This document shows positions 60,009 to 64,000 of a stretch of DNA of 64,000 nt, in pieces. The first letter of the stretch is position 1. Each line of letters begins with the position of its first letter. The translations under genes were made by a program, and so were the position numbers. Source of the DNA: Eledone cirrhosa (Eukaryota); assembly GCA_964016885.1 (NCBI GenBank), contig OZ024762.1, positions 12,896,001-12,960,000 on the forward strand. Direction: 5' to 3'. Under the pieces are notes generated by a model, which was not told where the DNA came from, did not search any database, and saw only the letters and a list, made by a program, of their open reading frames with translations.

Positions 60009-60051
<43 letters not shown>

Positions 60052-60282
60052 GGATTTTGGTAGCTTCTGATTAATTTTGTTAAAGAGATGGAAATTCTAA
60101 AATGCAAATTGGTTAGTTAGCGTTTCTGTAATAACATTGGCTGTGTTGGTATATACATACAGGCACATATATATACATATACACACAGGTACATATATAT
60201 ATATATACATACATACATTAATATATATATATATATATATATGCATAAATATGCACATATATAGATATATATGCATATGTAT

Positions 60283-60327
<45 letters not shown>

Positions 60328-60470
60328 TACACAGATGTACATATATGTACATATATATATATATGCATAAATATGCACATATATAGATACATATGCATAT
60401 GTATACACACACACATACATATATATATATACATATATACGCACATATATAGATACATATGCATATGTAT

Positions 60471-60541
<71 letters not shown>

Positions 60542-60610
60542 TGTACATATATGTACATATATATATATATGCATAAATATGCACATATATAGATACATAT
60601 GCATATGTAT

Positions 60611-60641
<31 letters not shown>

Positions 60642-60796
60642 CATATATACACAGATGTACATATATGTACATATATATATATATGCATAAATATGCACAT
60701 ATATAGATACATATGCATATGTATACACACACACACACATACAGATATATATATATACATATATACGCACATATATAGATACATATGCATATGTAT

Positions 60797-60827
<31 letters not shown>

Positions 60828-61598
60828 CATATATATACATATATACACAGATGTACATATATGTACATATATATATATATATGCATAAATATGCACATAT
60901 ATAGATACATATGAATATGTATACACACACACATACATATATATACATATATACGCACATATATAGATACATATGCATATGTATACACACACACATACAT
61001 ACTATATATATATATATACATATATACACAGATGTACATATATGTACATATACATACATACGCACACACATACATATATTTATACTTATATAGACACACA
61101 ATGTAGGAACGCCAGAAGTGGAGTTGTGTCGTCTGCTTTAATAATGCTAGTTTTTAAGTAAACTTCCTTTCTAGTTGTCACACGTACATATATACACACA
61201 CATGCATACATATATACACACACATGCATACATATATACACACACATGCATACATATATACACACACATGCATACATATATACGCACACACATGCATACA
61301 TGCATGCACACACATACAGGCATATACACACACATGCACACATATACATACATATATACACACACATGCATACACACATTCATGCATATACACACACATG
61401 CACACATATACATACATATATACACACACATGCACACACACACATTCATGCATATACACACGCATATACACACATACATGCATATATATATATATATATA
61501 TATATATACTCAATCACACACATATAGACATACAATCATACATAAACACATTATATATACATATATAATAAATATATGTATATAATGAATAATATATA

Positions 61599-61663
<65 letters not shown>

Positions 61664-61684
61664 GATATATGTATATGTGTGTGT

Positions 61685-61884
61685 NNNNNNNNNNNNNNNN
61701 NNNNNNNNNNNNNNNNNNNNNNNNNNNNNNNNNNNNNNNNNNNNNNNNNNNNNNNNNNNNNNNNNNNNNNNNNNNNNNNNNNNNNNNNNNNNNNNNNNNN
61801 NNNNNNNNNNNNNNNNNNNNNNNNNNNNNNNNNNNNNNNNNNNNNNNNNNNNNNNNNNNNNNNNNNNNNNNNNNNNNNNNNNNN
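61685..61884. other. 200-N scaffold gap
   Basis: Run of 200 N. Confidence 0.99.
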
Positions 61885-62157
61885 ATATATATATATACAC
61901 AGATGTACATATATGTACATATATATATATATGCATAAATATGCACATATATAGATACATATGCATATGTATACACACACACATACATATATATATATAT
62001 ATCATATATACACAGATGTACATATATGTACATATATATATATATGCATAAATATGCACATATATAGATACATATGCATATGTATACACACACACACACA
62101 TACAGATATATATATATACATATATACGCACATATATAGATACATATGCATATGTAT

Positions 62158-62188
<31 letters not shown>

Positions 62189-62837
62189 CATATATATACA
62201 TATATACACAGATGTACATATATGTACATATATATATATATATGCATAAATATGCACATATATAGATACATATGAATATGTATACACACACACATACATA
62301 TATATACATATATACGCACATATATAGATACATATGCATATGTATACACACACACATACATATATATAATATATATACATATATACACAGATGTACATAT
62401 ATGTACATATACATACATACGCACACACATACATATATTTATACTTATATAGACACACAATGTAGGAACGCCAGAAGTGGAGTTGTGTCGTCTGCTTTAA
62501 TAATGCTAGTTTTTAAGTAAACTTCCTTTCTAGTTGTCACACGTACATATATACACACACATGCATACATATATACACACACATGCATACATATATACAC
62601 ACACATGCATACATATATACACACACATGCATACATATATACGCACACACATGCATACATGCATGCACACACATACAGGCATATACACACACATGCACAC
62701 ATATACATACATATATACACACACATGCATACACACATTCATGCATATACACACACATGCACACATATACATACATATATACACACACATGCACACACAC
62801 ACATTCATGCATATACACACGCATATACACACATACA

Positions 62838-62869
<32 letters not shown>

Positions 62870-62952
62870 CTCAATCACACACATATAGACATACAATCAT
62901 ACATAAACACATTATATATACATATATAATAAATATATGTATATAATGAATA

Positions 62953-63023
<71 letters not shown>

Positions 63024-63045
63024 GATATATGTATATGTGTGTGTG
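61885..63045 (+). other. near-identical duplicate of about 60525-61684 across the gap, probable assembly overlap
   Basis: Unique segment TGTAGGAACGCCAGAAGTGG at 61102 and 62461; visible differences are mostly microsatellite length. Confidence 0.8.
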
Positions 63046-63105
63046 TGTATGTGTGTATATATATGTATATATATATGTATATATGTGTGTGTGTGTATAT
63101 ATATG

Positions 63106-63136
<31 letters not shown>

Positions 63137-63143
63137 GCGTGTT

Positions 63144-63231
<88 letters not shown>

Positions 63232-63334
63232 CATGTGTGTGTATGTAAATCTGGGTTTTTCTCTGCGATTATAAATTTGTGTCTGTATGTAATATGTGTG
63301 TGTGTGTGAGTGTATGTGACATGGTATGTACGTT

Positions 63335-63376
<42 letters not shown>

Positions 63377-64000
63377 TATTGTAGAGAGAAAATCGTCGAA
63401 TTCCGTTTGCCTTTCATCTTGCCGAAATAGTAACAATAATTATGATGACGATAATTGTAACAACAACAACAATAATAATAGTATTTGGTCATGATGATGA
63501 TGATGAATGAAATAAGAATAATGATAGGTGATGGTGATGATGATGATTATGGTGGAAATGATGGTGGTGATGGTGATGGTGGGGGTGATGATGGTGATGA
63601 TGGTGATGGTGGAAATGATGGTGGTGATGGTGATGGTGGTGGTGATGATGGTGATGATGGTGATGGTGGAAATGATGGTGGTGATGGTGATGGTGGTGGT
63701 GATGGTGGAAATGATGGTGGTGATGGTGATGGTGATGGTGGAAATGATGGTGGTGATGGTGATGGTGGAAATGATGGTGGTGATGGTGGTGTGGTGTGCG
63801 TCAAAGAAATCATTATTCACTTAACCATCACCATCACCATCACTATTAACATCATCATCATGATCAAAAATACCACCACCACCATCATCATCAATATTAC
63901 GACTCACACCACCAACACCGCAATCAACACCATCATCACAACACCACCAACAACAAAACCACCACCACCACCACCCACACCACCACCACCATCACAACAC

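Overview
AT-rich, microsatellite-dominated eukaryotic DNA, most likely an octopod cephalopod intron or gene desert. That assignment is an inference from the tRNA-derived SINE families and the extreme (TA)n/(CA)n load. No host protein-coding exon could be supported; almost all ORF-track entries are translated microsatellites. The non-simple sequence consists of: about 14 copies or fragments of one tRNA-SINE plus other SINE families; decayed LINE 3' ends (L1/Tx1 zf-RVT, CR1-like, RTE-like); a Tc1/mariner-like MITE; minisatellites; and a probable false duplication around a 200-N gap. The main signal is about 20 minimal type-I hammerhead ribozyme (HHR) motifs from many unrelated sequence families. 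They mostly have palindromic helix III, several sit in fold-back inverted repeats, and most lie next to (TA)n arrays, the pattern known for Penelope-like element (PLE) LTRs and retrozymes. Three carry the same U4C core variant and several have large structured helix-II insertions. Short unique islands between repeats share YY1/Pho-like motifs, a recurrent GCAGACGACA 10-mer, and several pre-miRNA-like hairpins.
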